Shown: piece after piece, positions 36,120-48,300 of the stretch | How the letters are laid out: every line of letters starts with the position of its first letter | Numbering within the stretch: the first letter of the stretch is position 1 | NCBI GenBank assembly: GCA_036172245.1 | Contig: JAYWIR010000010.1 | Span: 3,410,001 to 3,474,000 of the forward strand | Source: Raillietiella orientalis | Taxonomy: Eukaryota | Reading direction: 5' to 3' | Length of the DNA: 64,000 nucleotides | The notes under the pieces: generated by a model | The model's database searches: none | Told to the model about the DNA's origin: nothing | What the model saw: only the letters and a program-made list of their open reading frames with translations | Position numbers and translations under genes: made by a program

Positions 36120-36270
36120 TGGAGCCCACCCCCGGGATGGCAGGTTCGAAGGGAACACCCCACTCAAGGTGCTTAGGCAAGAGATTGTCGCCGGGGTTTG
36201 AACACGCTTCCTCGAGTTTGACGGTCGGGGTTTCGGGCCGACACCTCAGATGATCCACACCGTGGCCTCG
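36120..36270 (+). mobile_element. Degenerate head of the SINE-like element
   Basis: GCAGGTTCGAA...CCACTC...GGCAAGAGAT...GCCGGGGTTTGA...CCTCGAG..TGAC...TTCGGG..CACC is colinear with the head of copy 2. Confidence 0.5.
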
Positions 36271-36439
36271 GGCAATTCAGGTAGGCCCTCGCCCTCGACT
36301 GCAGAACTCGCGCCTTCGTTTTTCGCGTCAGCGTTCCAGGCCGATATACCAGAACTACGCGTCGGTCGCATTGTGTCGCAAGGACTCGTCAGGATTGTGA
36401 ATGGATTTACCCTTGTTGTAAATCGAAACTGCCAGTCGC

Positions 36440-38800
36440 GCGCATCATGCCCAGCCGATGCGTTCAGTAGATGTTTCCAGAATGTCTGCCATTAGAGTAC
36501 ATTGTCCTCATGCGATTGGTGTAATATCGAAAGACCCTCTGCACTTCACAGGTTTGGCTGCCGCCAAGGTCCCGAGATCTAGTGGTCCCTCCAGGAGCGT
36601 GCTCACCGAAGACACCTGGAAACCGGGGTATCCGCATTTGCTCTCTTCTCTCCGGCGAGTCTCAGTCTACATGCTCCCGGTTTTGTTCCAAGGGACGTGC
36701 TGGACCCAGAATGATGGCTCGATCTCTTCGTAAGAGCAGATCTGGGCGCAGTTGCAAGTCGACGTCTGGCATGCTTCTCCTCTAACGACGACTCCCCCGT
36801 CTTCCCTGTTCCGCCTTCATGCCGCGGATGACAGAACGCTCCATGCCGTCGCATGAACAGGGAAGAATGCTGCTGGCGATAGCTCAGGATGTGCCACATG
36901 TTTTGTCCATGCGGCACCTTCAATTTTCCTCTTGTCTTCTGCTGTCTCCTCTTATGGTCAGCAGGTTCAATCGATCAGGGTATACGAATCTGTTGTCTGA
37001 AAATCGTGGGCAGCATCCTGATAACGGGAAGTGGGGTCATGCGCAATGCAGTCTCCCACGGGCCACATGGCGCATGGTCTGGGTTCTTTTAAATAAAACT
37101 TCCTGCGCCTCGTAGTGAGCTCAATCTTTCTGTTCGTACTCCTGTTCAATGTAGACATCCCCAACCATCACCTGAGGCTTTTGAACAGTAAAGACTAGGT
37201 GACATTCATTCGGTCAGATGCAGGTCTCTTGGCGCTGCATATCCTCTTCGTGTCCTCTGAGTGACTGCGCAAACTCTCCCTCTGCCATGAGGAAAATGCG
37301 AGTCCTTTTTGGAGTACGATGCTAAAAAATTTTTTCGACCACGTCTTCTTGAGTAGGGTGTCAAACTCCTGCGGTGAGCATGTTGAGGAGCTGAGCAGCT
37401 TGAAGAATTGTCTTCAAGGAAGATACCGGCGTTCGCATTCAGCTTGTTTACTTTCAGGCATCCCTTGGCACGCTACCCGTCTAAGTGCTGGTTTGCGACT
37501 CTGCTTGGAAGATTCAGACATTGGTTGACCACCATTTTGATTTTTCTGTTTACGAACGTCCGAATTCCTTTGAGGATGACGCCGAACCATTAAAGATGAG
37601 CTGGTCTTCGGTGAAAGGAGATGCTCTCAGTGCATTTACTTCCTGTCAGGAGAACAGCTCACAATCCACCACGACGTGATTCTTGGACGCAATTTGCTCC
37701 TCGGAAGAAGTACTCCCTGGTAAGTCAGTCTCCCAGGGCTTGTCAAGTTGTTTTTAAGCCTAGGATGCTCGAGTACAGGAATTTTTCATTCGTTAATTCG
37801 GAATGTCAGCCATGACCCCACAAAGTGTGGTCGCTTCATAATGGAGGCTGAGCAGGCTCGTCTGCACGGCTGCTTCCGTAATTTCTGGGTTGTCTTTGAT
37901 GTATGTCAGCGAATGGAACGAGGTCATCTGCCTGTGCAAGATATAAACTTTGTCCAGACGATGTTTTTATCTTCCGGAGAAAGGGTTCCAGAGCCGTGTG
38001 AACAACGGCAAACATGGAGGGTGTTCTTGTTTCACTTCACGACGAATCTTCATTGGTCTCGTGGAGAAGGTGTCCGACCTCATGGAGGAGTTTCGTGACG
38101 ATCACACGAAGATCCTGATGAAGTAGGGCATCATGGAATTTTTCGCGGTCCCATATACTTCCCCGACCATTTGGAGGAAATCTTCCTGGATTTCGGATTC
38201 TCTTATGGACCCTTTCACTCGACTTGTCTAAAACGATCTCCAGAGCAAGGTCCTGCTTCAGGACCGCATCGAACGGGAGAATTTTTTTTTGCTATGGGAG
38301 ACACCAGCCCTTTTCTGGATCCTGAGCGACAGACATTGGGGTGTGCGCATCCTACAAATGCAATCCTCCATGGGTATTTGCTTCCATCCCTAGATTCTGT
38401 TGGATTCATCTGGAAATTCGGAGGTAAAAACGAGGGTCAGATCTTTAGGCAATGAGGGATTTCCCATGCCTCTGAGCAAATATGGAATATTTTTCTCAAT
38501 TCAGATTGCTCAGTTTAGCTTCTGCACCAGCACTCCTGCACCCGGCATGGCAGATGGCGCCAATCTCTGGGGTCTGAAGCAGTTCCCTTGAGCGAAGCCA
38601 TCTTTCGGAAAACTCTTTGGGTGAAGGGCGTGAAGTCTGGTGAGGAGGTTGGTTCGCTCCTTCCTCCCTGAACCTTTTCATTCCAGGAACATATTCTCCA
38701 ATGATGCGACTATGAGCGTCTCCGCGAATCGCCACTCAGTTTTTAGCTGCAGAAATTCTGCAGAGCGATCCTTCCGTACCCCTAATGATTCGCGCGGCCC
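36440..38800 (-). mobile_element. Degenerate RLE-type non-LTR retrotransposon (NeSL/Utopia-like): RT, CCHC and restriction-like endonuclease
   Basis: Motifs appear in the correct order on the minus strand: KGTASDPRDWRH (~38590-38550), TRPMKIRREVKQEHPPCLPLF and YLAQADD (~38060-37920), NEKFLYSSILG, WHILSYRQQHSSLFMRRHGA (~36900), LRPDLLLRRDRAIILGPARPLEQ (~36750-36680; PD..D RLE core), RMRTMY...GNIY. Many stops and frameshifts. Confidence 0.75.
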
Positions 38801-40068
38801 CTCTTCCGTTAATTCTGTATAATCTCTATGTTCTCTGGTTTGTTCTCGGGATCGATTTTTTTCCTCCGGGCCAATCACATGAAATGAATAAAATTCCTAG
38901 TAAGGAAGGATCTGGCATGCGCCTGCCCGAAACGAGCTAGATTTAACCCACTGGAGACGGGAATAGGGAGCAATGTGCGAGGAGCAGGGAAGATGGTAAA
39001 TGCATAAGTAAATGGAGATTGGGATGGACCCGACGAATCTGATTTCCGAGAGTCTGAGTTTTTTTTTTCTTACCCTATCAGGCCGGAACTCTGCGGATGT
39101 GCTAGGCGAGCGCTCCAGCGACCTTTGTTTTCGTTCGGTGACCCCCCTTCTCTCCTAGAGGGAGGTCTTGGGTGGCCGAGCAAGGTTTCCTCCGCATCCT
39201 GTGACAACCGATGAAGGAACGCCGGACGCCTCGTGGGGAATCCTCGAACGCGCACCTTGTTCCAGGGTTACGCCAGCTACGGACCCTTGGAGCGAGGGCT
39301 CCCGGGAGAAGGTGGTCTCCTTGACCAACTGAGCGCCTGCGATAGACAAGAGAGATCAAGGCCATCGTGGCCCAGATGCAGAGTTTTGCCCCGTTCTACA
39401 AGGGAGGGTACGTCTCTACATCCGTTCGTTGAGGAACTCCAGAAAATCGGTGTGCGCTCCGGCGATGCTCGCGCGCCCACGATCCCGGATGGGTCGTCAG
39501 GGGGACGGAACAGCGCCTCATTTTCTGCAGCGCCGGATGGCACACTATCTGCTGGAATCTCCGGTGCGCCTCAGGGGCAGAAATTTTTTCCCGTTTGGAA
39601 GGACTGGGTCATCCGGGGATCACTGTGGGCATGGCCAAGACACAGTGGTGGCTAAACCGGCTGGAGGAATTTGGCACCGTCCACGAGATTGGACTGTAAC
39701 GCTGACTGGTCAAGGTGTTTCGGGCGGGGACTCAGCACGGGTTCGGGTGACTGCGCCGCGTCTCTCAGGTGTTGCATGTTGCCACGGAAGAATCATCGAC
39801 ATGAGGAACGGATCCAGATCCGTGGGTTCTGCAAGGACTTTCCGTGGGTGGGTTCCAGGCAAGCGACGGGAACGCCTCAGGAGAGCGCGTCGCAAGATCC
39901 GGTGCACCCTCTGCGACCGGCTTGGTCGCGCGCGCACCCCCGCGGACGCTGAGGCCTGAAGAAGAGGAAATGCGGAAGTCGCAGAACCGAAGGGTGCAAC
40001 GGGGGGAGCACCCCTCAAGCGGCCAAGTGCCCTTGCTCGCAGCACCTCCAAGCAAACGCTCTTTCCAA

Positions 40069-40330
40069 GCCCGCATGCGTTGGCTGCCTTGTGGCTGCGC
40101 TCGGTACCGAGCGTTGCAGGTTCGAACCCCCATGTCGACGCCGAGAAATGGGCTGAGTCTTGGGTTCCAATCTTCCCTGCACCCCGCAAGATGACGTGGG
40201 GGGAAGTTGGGCGCGATTCGGGTGAGGCCCTGACGGAAACTGGAAACCGCCGGATGCCTCCGATGAGTGGCCGGGATCTGAAATGGACCCTTCGTGGTCT
40301 CTCCAGGAATTAGGAGGATCCCGGAGTCGG
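40069..40330 (+). mobile_element. SINE-like element, 5' portion (copy 3)
   Basis: GCCCGC start, GCCTTGTGGCTGCG, GGTTCGAACCCC, CGCAAGATGACG, ATTCGGGTG and GGATGCCTCCGATGAGTGGCCGGG are shared with the other copies. Confidence 0.75.
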
Positions 40331-40875
40331 TTCCCTTCTGAAAGAAGCGATGAACCCAGCGAGATCTCGGTCTCTGGAGAGGCGCGCTCACGTGATCTCC
40401 GGCGCGGACACGACGTGAAGTGCTTCAGCAGCGTCTCAAACAATCGCAACCATGAGGACTCCTCTCTGAAACCCTCGGGCAGGAGACCCAGCACACGAGA
40501 AAGGGGGGGGGGAGGGGAAGGACAACGTCGGGGGAGGTGTCTCCCACCGGCGCATTATGCAGAAAACCTGCGCGCCCGCGATGCTTCCGGACATGCGGAG
40601 GACAGCGAGGCCGCAAGGCCCCACACGTGACATTCGTGGCCGCCACGACGGACCCGCACGAGCGCCCCCGCGGTCGCACGTGGGACTACGAAGGCACTCT
40701 TGAGCTACTGCTCTGCTTCGTTTGCTTCCTTCCCATAAATAACGGAGAAATCGGCCCCTTCGCGCATGCTCCTCCCTGCGCAGTGGGAGAGCTGGAAAGC
40801 AACATGAACATGCGGGCGATTGCGGGACCCCTCAGAAGTTTCGAGCTCATGAGCTCTTCTGAAGGAGATACTCGG

Positions 40876-42488
40876 TTTAACACCCGGTTACGCCGGGACG
40901 TTTATTATAAAAAAAAATAATAAACACACACATGTAAGATCGTCGGGCTGAAAATGTTCGGGAGCTGCCGAGTGACCGGCACGCAGACCGGCAAGCTTGG
41001 CCTCGGCAGAGGAAGGGGAGGGGGGAGGGCAAACAAAAATGAAAATAAAATAAGAATCAACAGTAAAAAAAACTCTGGGGGCGCGGGAAGGAATCGCTGT
41101 CCGCTAGAGGGTGTCCTCTGCATCCTTTCCAGGATGCTGACAAGTTTCATCCGAGTATGCCCCAGGTGGGGCATCTGTCCTCGTTGCTGCTAGCCCATCC
41201 GTGGATCTCCTGCCACCCCATAAACTGGAATGCCTGGCGGCAGGAAGCACTGGACTGCCAGTTTGGAAGTGCATTCAGAGCAACTGCGACCTCTACAGGG
41301 TCTCCTACGCAAACCGCTGGGAGATATCCTGCAGGATTTGACGCAGTGATCCCGGTTAGCCGTCTCACCCCTTGCTGCGGCGCTGTCTGCCCTCAGGGCA
41401 AACAATGACAGCAGCCAACCGGCAAGGTGAGATTTCTCCTGCAGCTTTGGGGGGGTCGAAAAACTGAACGACTGCAAGACGAGCGAGTTGATGAACGTCT
41501 CCAATCCTCGTTTCCGGGCAAAGGGACTCCTTCGATGGAGTGAGCTGCTTGGATTGCCCCCCGAAGTACTTGTGTGGACACCTCCGTGTTCCCGCTACTT
41601 TGGAAACAGAATGTTCTGCTGTTTCTGCACTGGGGATTTCAGTGCATTCAGAGCAGACACTGTGTTTCCAGGTGATTTTCCTCCCCAAACTGTCTTGGGT
41701 GCGGAGCGATGGAATTGCTTTCGCACCTCTAGTTCGGTTGCAGTGACTTGCAGGACTTGTGGCGGAGACTCGCTTCGGAACTCTGTCAACCCCAAGACAC
41801 TGCCACCAACCTGCTGCGGCCGTTCTTCACAGAAGGCGGACTGGAGAAAGGCTCCATGATCTCAACACTCTGTTGCATCCGCTCCATTGTGGCAGTCCAC
41901 CATGTGTTAGAAGCAAGTTCGCGGCGAGAAGTGGCCACCAGCATGACAGCAGCCCTCATAGGGGCAGCAGCAAGGTGGCCTCACCTGCCAGAAGAAGTCG
42001 TCAGGGAAATCGCCATCATCCAGCATCGCATCTAGAAGAAACGGAACGCTTGATACCAAAAGTCTCTGTCCTCATACTCCCTGCTTTTTTGATTTATTTA
42101 TTGTCCCTTGCCCCGGTTCCCTTCTTTTTTGGAAGCCAGCCTGCGTGCCGAAGGTCATCCCGGATGAACCTTTTTATGGCTTTCCTCGTTTTTTCTTGGG
42201 AATATGTCTCCCCTAAAACTTGTAGTTTGTTTTGTTTTTTTAACGAAAGAAACGTCCCTGCGTGACCGGGTTAAATCCATCTAGCTCTGTCTGTAGGAAG
42301 CGCATGGTGAGCAGACGGCGTCCCTATCATGCTGTCCTCCTCTCGCCTAGCCCCAGACCGCCACAATCCCACGTACGCAGCAAGGAGCTGCTAGGGATAC
42401 GGCAAGCGAAAAGGCATCGCGCACGAAGAGGCTCTTTATCACGTCCCTGGGATTGTGCACCAAGGACCGTTGCTTAATCACAGGGACC
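40876..42488 (-). mobile_element. Tx1/L1-like LINE 3' fragment (copy D), interrupted by copy C
   Basis: 42488-42280 encodes PRDVIKSLFVRDAFSLAVSLAAPCCVRGIVA and about 41175-41100 continues PHLGHTRMKLVSILERMQRTPSS, colinear with copy B. TSD GGAGATACTCGG (40864-40875) / GGAGATACTCAG (42489-42500). Hairpin at 40883-40897. Confidence 0.8.
41178..42276 (+). mobile_element. 5'-truncated Tx1/L1-like LINE (copy C), nested in copy D in the opposite orientation
   Basis: PRFRAKGLLRWSELLG is identical to copy A; C-terminus TLCCIRSIVAVHHVL...WPHLPEEVVREIAIIQHRI*; terminal hairpin at 42256-42270. Confidence 0.85.
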
Positions 42489-42734
42489 GGAGATACTCAG
42501 GGTCTCCCTGAAGATGACCATGGGACCGAGAACATCGCAGGAGGATCGCCCGAGGAGAAATCTGCCCACACTTTCAGGGTCGCATTCCCCTTCCTCGGCA
42601 ACCTACAGGTCGTGCTAAGCACCATTTTCGGCGAGGGCGGTCACCTAGGACAGCTTGTGTCCTACCGGAGCGACCTCGTCGCATCGAGCAGCCCGAAACT
42701 CCTAACCTTCCCTGCAGGAAGCGGAAGTCCTTGA

Positions 42735-43280
42735 AGGCGCTGCGATGGTGCTGGCTGTGCGCGGGGAACCGCTCGCCTCAGAGGCAGGGACTGACTTCGA
42801 CATCCCTCCTGCTCTAGGAGAACACCGTCCGTGACCTGCTGCGGCGGTTCTTTCGCCTGCGGTTGCGGACCCTCGACATGCACAGTGATCGCGATAGTCT
42901 GATGCGTGCACGTGCGCCATCGTCACGGTCCACCACGCCTTGCAAGCGCAGGCGGGCAGCGAAGGGAAGCCATCCACATGGCAGTCGCCCACGTAAGGAT
43001 AGACTTCCAAATGGTCACACATGGAAGAGGAAGTCAAGACAGAGATAGCATCGTCCCGCGCCGGTTCTAGGAAGAAGGAACGGCCGAAACCAGTGACCTC
43101 GAGCCTCACCTTCTCCCTGTTGTTGATTTTTCCTTTCCCCCCATTCCGAACTCTTCCCCGGTTGTTCATGTCGGTGCATCTTCCACTCCCACTTCTTTTC
43201 GCCTTTCTTTGGGAACTTCTTCCCCGACATGTTTGTTCATTCCTTTCAAGAAAAGGCCCCGGCGTGACTCGGTGGCAAAC
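42735..43280 (+). mobile_element. Degenerate Tx1/L1-like LINE 3' fragment (copy F)
   Basis: TVRDLLRRFF, IVTVHHALQ, WSHMEEEVKTEIA...RRF* across frameshifts, then a pyrimidine-rich UTR and a hairpin-like end at 43258-43272. Confidence 0.7.
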
Positions 43281-44049
43281 TTTAGCGTTTCCCTGGCGTG
43301 AGTATGAGGCGCGCTTGCTGAGTTGGGGACGAGACCTCGGCTGACCTGAAGGATGTAGGTATTCGGTGTATCTCCCGGATCAGCAGCGTATCAACTGATG
43401 CACTACGGGTGGCTAGTTGTTCCTCTAAGAGTTCGCGGGACCCCGAGGGAAGCCGTCTGGATCCGGGTCATCGAGCCGTCTCGAAACACCCTCCGTCAGC
43501 CTGCGAGCATCTGTAGCACGATTCTGATCGGAAGGTGCCCTCGCGCGAAGGTGGGAGTCCCGTCGCCTTGCTGAGCGGTTCGCACGTGCCTCGGCAAAGA
43601 GCACACCTGGCCTTCAGAGTTGAGCAGGTCTGCTGCACCCGGTTTTGCTGGCTTTGCCTCTTCGCTGAGGCAGCAGCGCACTCAGCTGGGTGTTCCAGTG
43701 CTGGGCTGCCTACAGAAAGCGCGAACTTGCAGGAGGAGGGCTGCCCAGAGCGCTAGCCCTTCGGCGAAACCTGGCGGTGGGAGATGTGCAGAGGATAGAA
43801 GAATCGCAGAAGAGACTCAGGGTATCTCGAAACTGATTCCAGTCTGTCCTGGATCAGGAGGATGTCGAGGCCTTTCCCTATGAGGTTAGCTGTCCCAGAG
43901 TGCGTCGACTGCGGACAGTCTCGCCCCAAACAATTCAGAAAGTCTGCCCTGTTTCAGTAAGGTTGGGGGTGCAGGGCGCGTAGGCATCTGTTAAGACAAG
44001 GTCGATCGAGTTAGACTACTGGGGTGCAAGCTGTCCTACCCGACATCCC

Positions 44050-44680
44050 TCGTCAATGCGAACCATCTCTCTAATGTGCGGTGTGAAGAGGGAAATGCGA
44101 CCCCGCGTACAGAGCCGCATTTCGCCTCAAGGGTTTCCCCTGAGAATGGTCCGACCTCGCAAACCATCTGCGTGGAAGAGTTTGTTGTGCCTTTTGGAGG
44201 AGCACGAGATCAAAACTTCCCAGAGATCGCACGATCTCCAGCCTCTTTACGTCGCTCCACGGACAGTGGGTGTTTCCACGCAGACATGCAGGTCGTTCGC
44301 AAAGGAGCGAACCTTCCCTTCGCATCTGGGAAGGTGAGCAGTGGTGGGAGAAGCCGCCGCACACGGAGCTGGAGAGGCTGTGAGTTCCTTTCACTGGTAG
44401 GTAGCCTCTGCCTCGTTCTCCGAAGAGTTGGGAAGTCGGGCTGCGCCAAGCTTGCTTCAGGGATGCGTTTGGAGGGATGCTTACCGTTGCCGGCGTTTCC
44501 TCACTGCGGGCCATTCTGGGTGCCGGTGACCCTCCCCTTCACTCCTTATGCCGTCAGTTAGGGAGTGCGTGTTTCCAGCTGGTTTATTTTCTTAAGAAAA
44601 TTTACATTTTCATGAATTTATATAATTTTATTATTTTGTAAAAAAAATAAGTGCACTGGTGTGAACCGGGTGAAAAACTT
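44050..44680 (+). mobile_element. Possible highly diverged LINE 3' fragment (copy H)
   Basis: AT-rich tail followed by ACTGGTGTGAACCGGGTGAAAAAC, similar to the family 3' terminus; coding similarity is weak. Confidence 0.3.
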
Positions 44681-44909
44681 CCATTCTGGGAGAGAAGGCG
44701 ACCGGCCTAAATGACGTGAGCGCTCAAACATCTGTGGATGTCTTTCCATGCAATATTTGCACGGGCACGCACGTTTCTACAGAATCGTACACTCGTGCGA
44801 TATCATGCATGTGTACGTGCAGGCACTCTTTGATGAATTGTTAGTCTCCCGCGTGTTGAGTCCCATCATCATCTTCCAGCCTTGTCCGGATAAATTTTCT
44901 AATATGATG

Positions 44910-45070
44910 TGTACCGTGTTATAAAAGAACAGGGGTGGTTCCAGAACCCAGACAGATTCTGTCTTCCTGTCTTGGTTCACCAAGTGATGGATGGTGCGCA
45001 TTCCTTTGGTGCGGATGGTGCTCATCGAGTCGGCGAGGTGAACACCGTTTCTGGTTTCCGAGAAATATCA
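44910..45070 (+). mobile_element. Ty3/gypsy integrase zinc-binding (HHCC) region remnant
   Basis: RFCLPVLVHQVMDGAHSFGADGAHRVGEVNTVSGFRE resembles RL.VP....V...AH.....GH.G...T...IR. Confidence 0.4.
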
Positions 45071-47199
45071 GTCGGGTCTCGAATGCTTTCAAAATTGGAT
45101 GCTGGCGCAAGCAAAACAGCGCAGGAGATTCAAGATGGATACGGCAGGCTCGCTGAGCGTTGTAGAACTCTGCAGGGGAGGCAAAGGAAAGGAAGGAAAC
45201 GAATGACACCGTCTCAGGAGGACTGACACTCATAGTGGGTCACAAGAAATTCGGGAAAACTCCAACAGTGAAGAACAAATTTGGGTGACTGAGATAGTCG
45301 AAATTTTCAAAACAGGGACAATAGCGTACGATATCGAGAATCTTCTTTCCTGCTCTTCGTGGGTCCAGCGTGATGACGTGCTATAGCACTTGGGATCGCG
45401 TCGCAAAGGCCAGACCGAAGATTCCTGAGAAGGCGGAAGAGAGAAATGACACGTCCCTGCAAGACGCTTTCAAGAACACTGAGATAAATCTACTAGTTAT
45501 GGCTTCGTTTTGACTGAATAAATGCGTGTGGTTTGTTATTCTCCCTTTTCTTAAGACTGCACCAATCACTTGAAAGCAACCTTTGAGGGAGAATCCATGC
45601 GTCGAAATCTGCATCAAGCTTTCTCACATTTTCATTTATCCACTTTTTTTCTTTTGAATTTTCCATTTTGGGGACACGCTCAAGCGCAATTTTAGATTTT
45701 TCATTCTATTTAAATAATGGATTGGCATGCGTAATGTTTCAGACAGGAATCTGAATGGACCTTAAGCAAAGAAAGATAAAAAAAACACGAAAAGTCTTAG
45801 TCAGCAGTTTTGTGGAGAATCAATGGAAATCACTCTAAAGATAGAGAAAGAAAGCACGCTAGAAAAAGCTGCGTAATCTGGATTCAGATGATGCTGATGC
45901 TTTCATTTCAACACATGGTCAAGCCATAAACCTCTCAAGAAATGATGCGCTGAGTTTTTAAAACTCACCGTTAGCCCCGGGTTGACCAGGCTTCGTGCGA
46001 CACGAAGTTAAAAACATCACTTTGGTTGTCTGAGCACCTTTTCATACCTAAATTGAACGTAGCTGCATTTCCAAGAACAGAACTCCGCTGCGAAGGGCAT
46101 ATTCATCCCATTGGCATCTTGGAAATCCGAACTCCACAGTCACCCATCTCCCTATTGATCGCTGTTGAGTTGAGTATCTCTTTTGGAAACACCGCACACT
46201 CTTTCGATTTCAGAGGGAGCCTGGTTGCCCTTCATTCGAGAGGAGGGTTGTCGAGACTTGATGACTTCGATTTCCGTTTCATCCATAGCACGTGATCAGC
46301 GGGCAAGAGAGAGAGATGCCTCTTCCTCCAACACATCACACGCCGCGCCTCTGGCATCCCTGCAGCCAAGTGAACTTCATTTCCATAGACTTCACCGTCC
46401 TGCTGCAGTCATCCCGCTCACTCTGCTCCGAAGCGAAGCGAAGCAGAGCACGAAGCTGAGGCGGCAAATTGGAAAGAAATTCTCACGCAGAGCTGTTCTT
46501 TTAGAGCTGACCTCCCAAGAATCTTCGGTGTCCTCCTGATTGCTCATTCTGCTGTTGAGTGAAAAGTAGACCAGCCTCCTACCGACATTGGCATTCGGAA
46601 TCGAAGTGCTATCCGCAACCCCAATGCCGGAAAGAGGACCCCATCACAGCATTGGGAGCGGTCGAACAGGACAGCACTCTGAATACGGGTGCTCCTGATT
46701 TTCCTCTTGTAGTTCATCATTTTTCCCCAATTGTGATCCCTTTCAAGTTTAAAAGGATACATTTGCGAGCAGAAGGGACCCTTCGTAAATGTGCTGTGCC
46801 TTCCTGATCAATGGTGAGGATGCAACAGTTCACGGTGTTTTCCTTAAAGCTTCTCATGTCATCTCTCATATGCAGCATTCCGTTATTTTTAAAAAAAGGA
46901 ATGATCATATGGAAGAAAAGAGACGCATAAGTAAATCAAGAGAGTTCGTCAGCGTGCTCTTGAACATGGATAGCAGTGCGGATCGGCTTTTCACCTTCAA
47001 GATGATGCCCGCCTGCATCTGCAAGAGCGAAAGTGAAGGAACTTCGAGTCGTGCAGTAACGAAAATGAAGGAGCCAAATGACGGTGAAGTGCTCTCTTTT
47101 GGTACGCTGAAGAGGCACGAAAAGGAAACCAAAGCATACCAAAATCTCCATTTCTTACAACCCTAACCATCTTCTCAAGTGTGTTTGAACGCATGAATT

Positions 47200-47290
47200 T
47201 TGTTTTCTTTCTGTTTTTCTTGTCCTTCTTCTTCTTCATCCTCCTCCTCCTTCGCCTCCGCTTCTTTTTCTTATTCTTCCTCTTCTTTTT
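47200..47290 (+). repeat. Polypyrimidine / (CTT)n-(CCT)n low-complexity tract
   Basis: Direct reading: CTTCTTCTTCTTCATCCTCCTCCTCCTTCG... Confidence 0.85.
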
Positions 47291-47919
47291 GAGGCAGGAA
47301 AAGAAGGTTCCGCGCTCCGTGCTTCGAGGTTCGTGTTTCCTCGCCGCAGCAAAACCAAGAAAGCATGCTTAATTTAACCAAAGACAAAAAGGAGGTCGGT
47401 TGTCAAGTAGCGTGTACAAAATCCTACCCGGTTGTTCCCTTGGGAAACTTGCCGAGTACCAGTCATCATGCTTAATGCTGCATCCCCCGCCGGATCGCGC
47501 TTCTACGGTCTGTATGCATGTGCTTTCATGTGTGGAGCTTCCCGACTCCTACCTCAGGGACGGGGAAGAGCTCCCTCGGCACGACACGTTTATCCGGGCA
47601 CTCAGACCTTCGTGACCGCTACGCCCGGAGACAGCAAGTCCACCCACACCTACCCGCCTCCTCCCCGAAAAAGCAGGCATTGGTTCGGCACGGAACAATC
47701 AGATCACTCCCGGACTTTTCATGGGTGGGGTCGAAGTAAACTTCGCTCTCTTTTCACCCCCGGTGCTAAATGGCCGCGAGTTCCTGGACTCAGCCTTCAC
47801 TCTTGAAAGCATCCACTAGAGGGAAAATGCAGAGATGTGATCGGCACTGGATCCAACCACCGTTGATGGCGGACAGCACAGAGACCCTCGTTTCAGGGAT
47901 ACGCATGACATGACCAAGC

Positions 47920-48300
47920 TGTATACCTTCTTTCAAGAGCAAGTGCTCAACTGGAAAGAACACTAGGGATACACGAGAGCATTATCTCTCGCAGATCAGA
48001 ACCAGTAGCTTGTGCTTCATCCTGATGATGCCCGAAGTGTTACTCAAAGAAGTTATCCTCCCTTATCTATCAGTCCTGCTTCGAGGAGAAATACACACGC
48101 ACCAAAGGTTCTCGAAAAAGTCTTTACCCAAGTGTGCATTGGCAACAGGATCTATTTGTCCAGCGGCGGTGAATGACCGGTGTTTTACTATGTACGCAGT
48201 CACACAGGCGAAAACCACCGTAGCTCGCCAAGCATCTCCACAAGGGCTTCTCATTGTCCGATTAAAGCCAGACGCAGCCCATCTTCACAGCTTCTCATCG
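47920..48300 (+). mobile_element. Degenerate LINE RT fragment (motifs 1-2)
   Basis: CIPSFKSKCSTGKNTRDT (cf. IP..K.....NYRPI), then EVLLKEVILPYL...IHTHQRF (cf. K.LE......L.....I...Q.GF). Confidence 0.4.
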
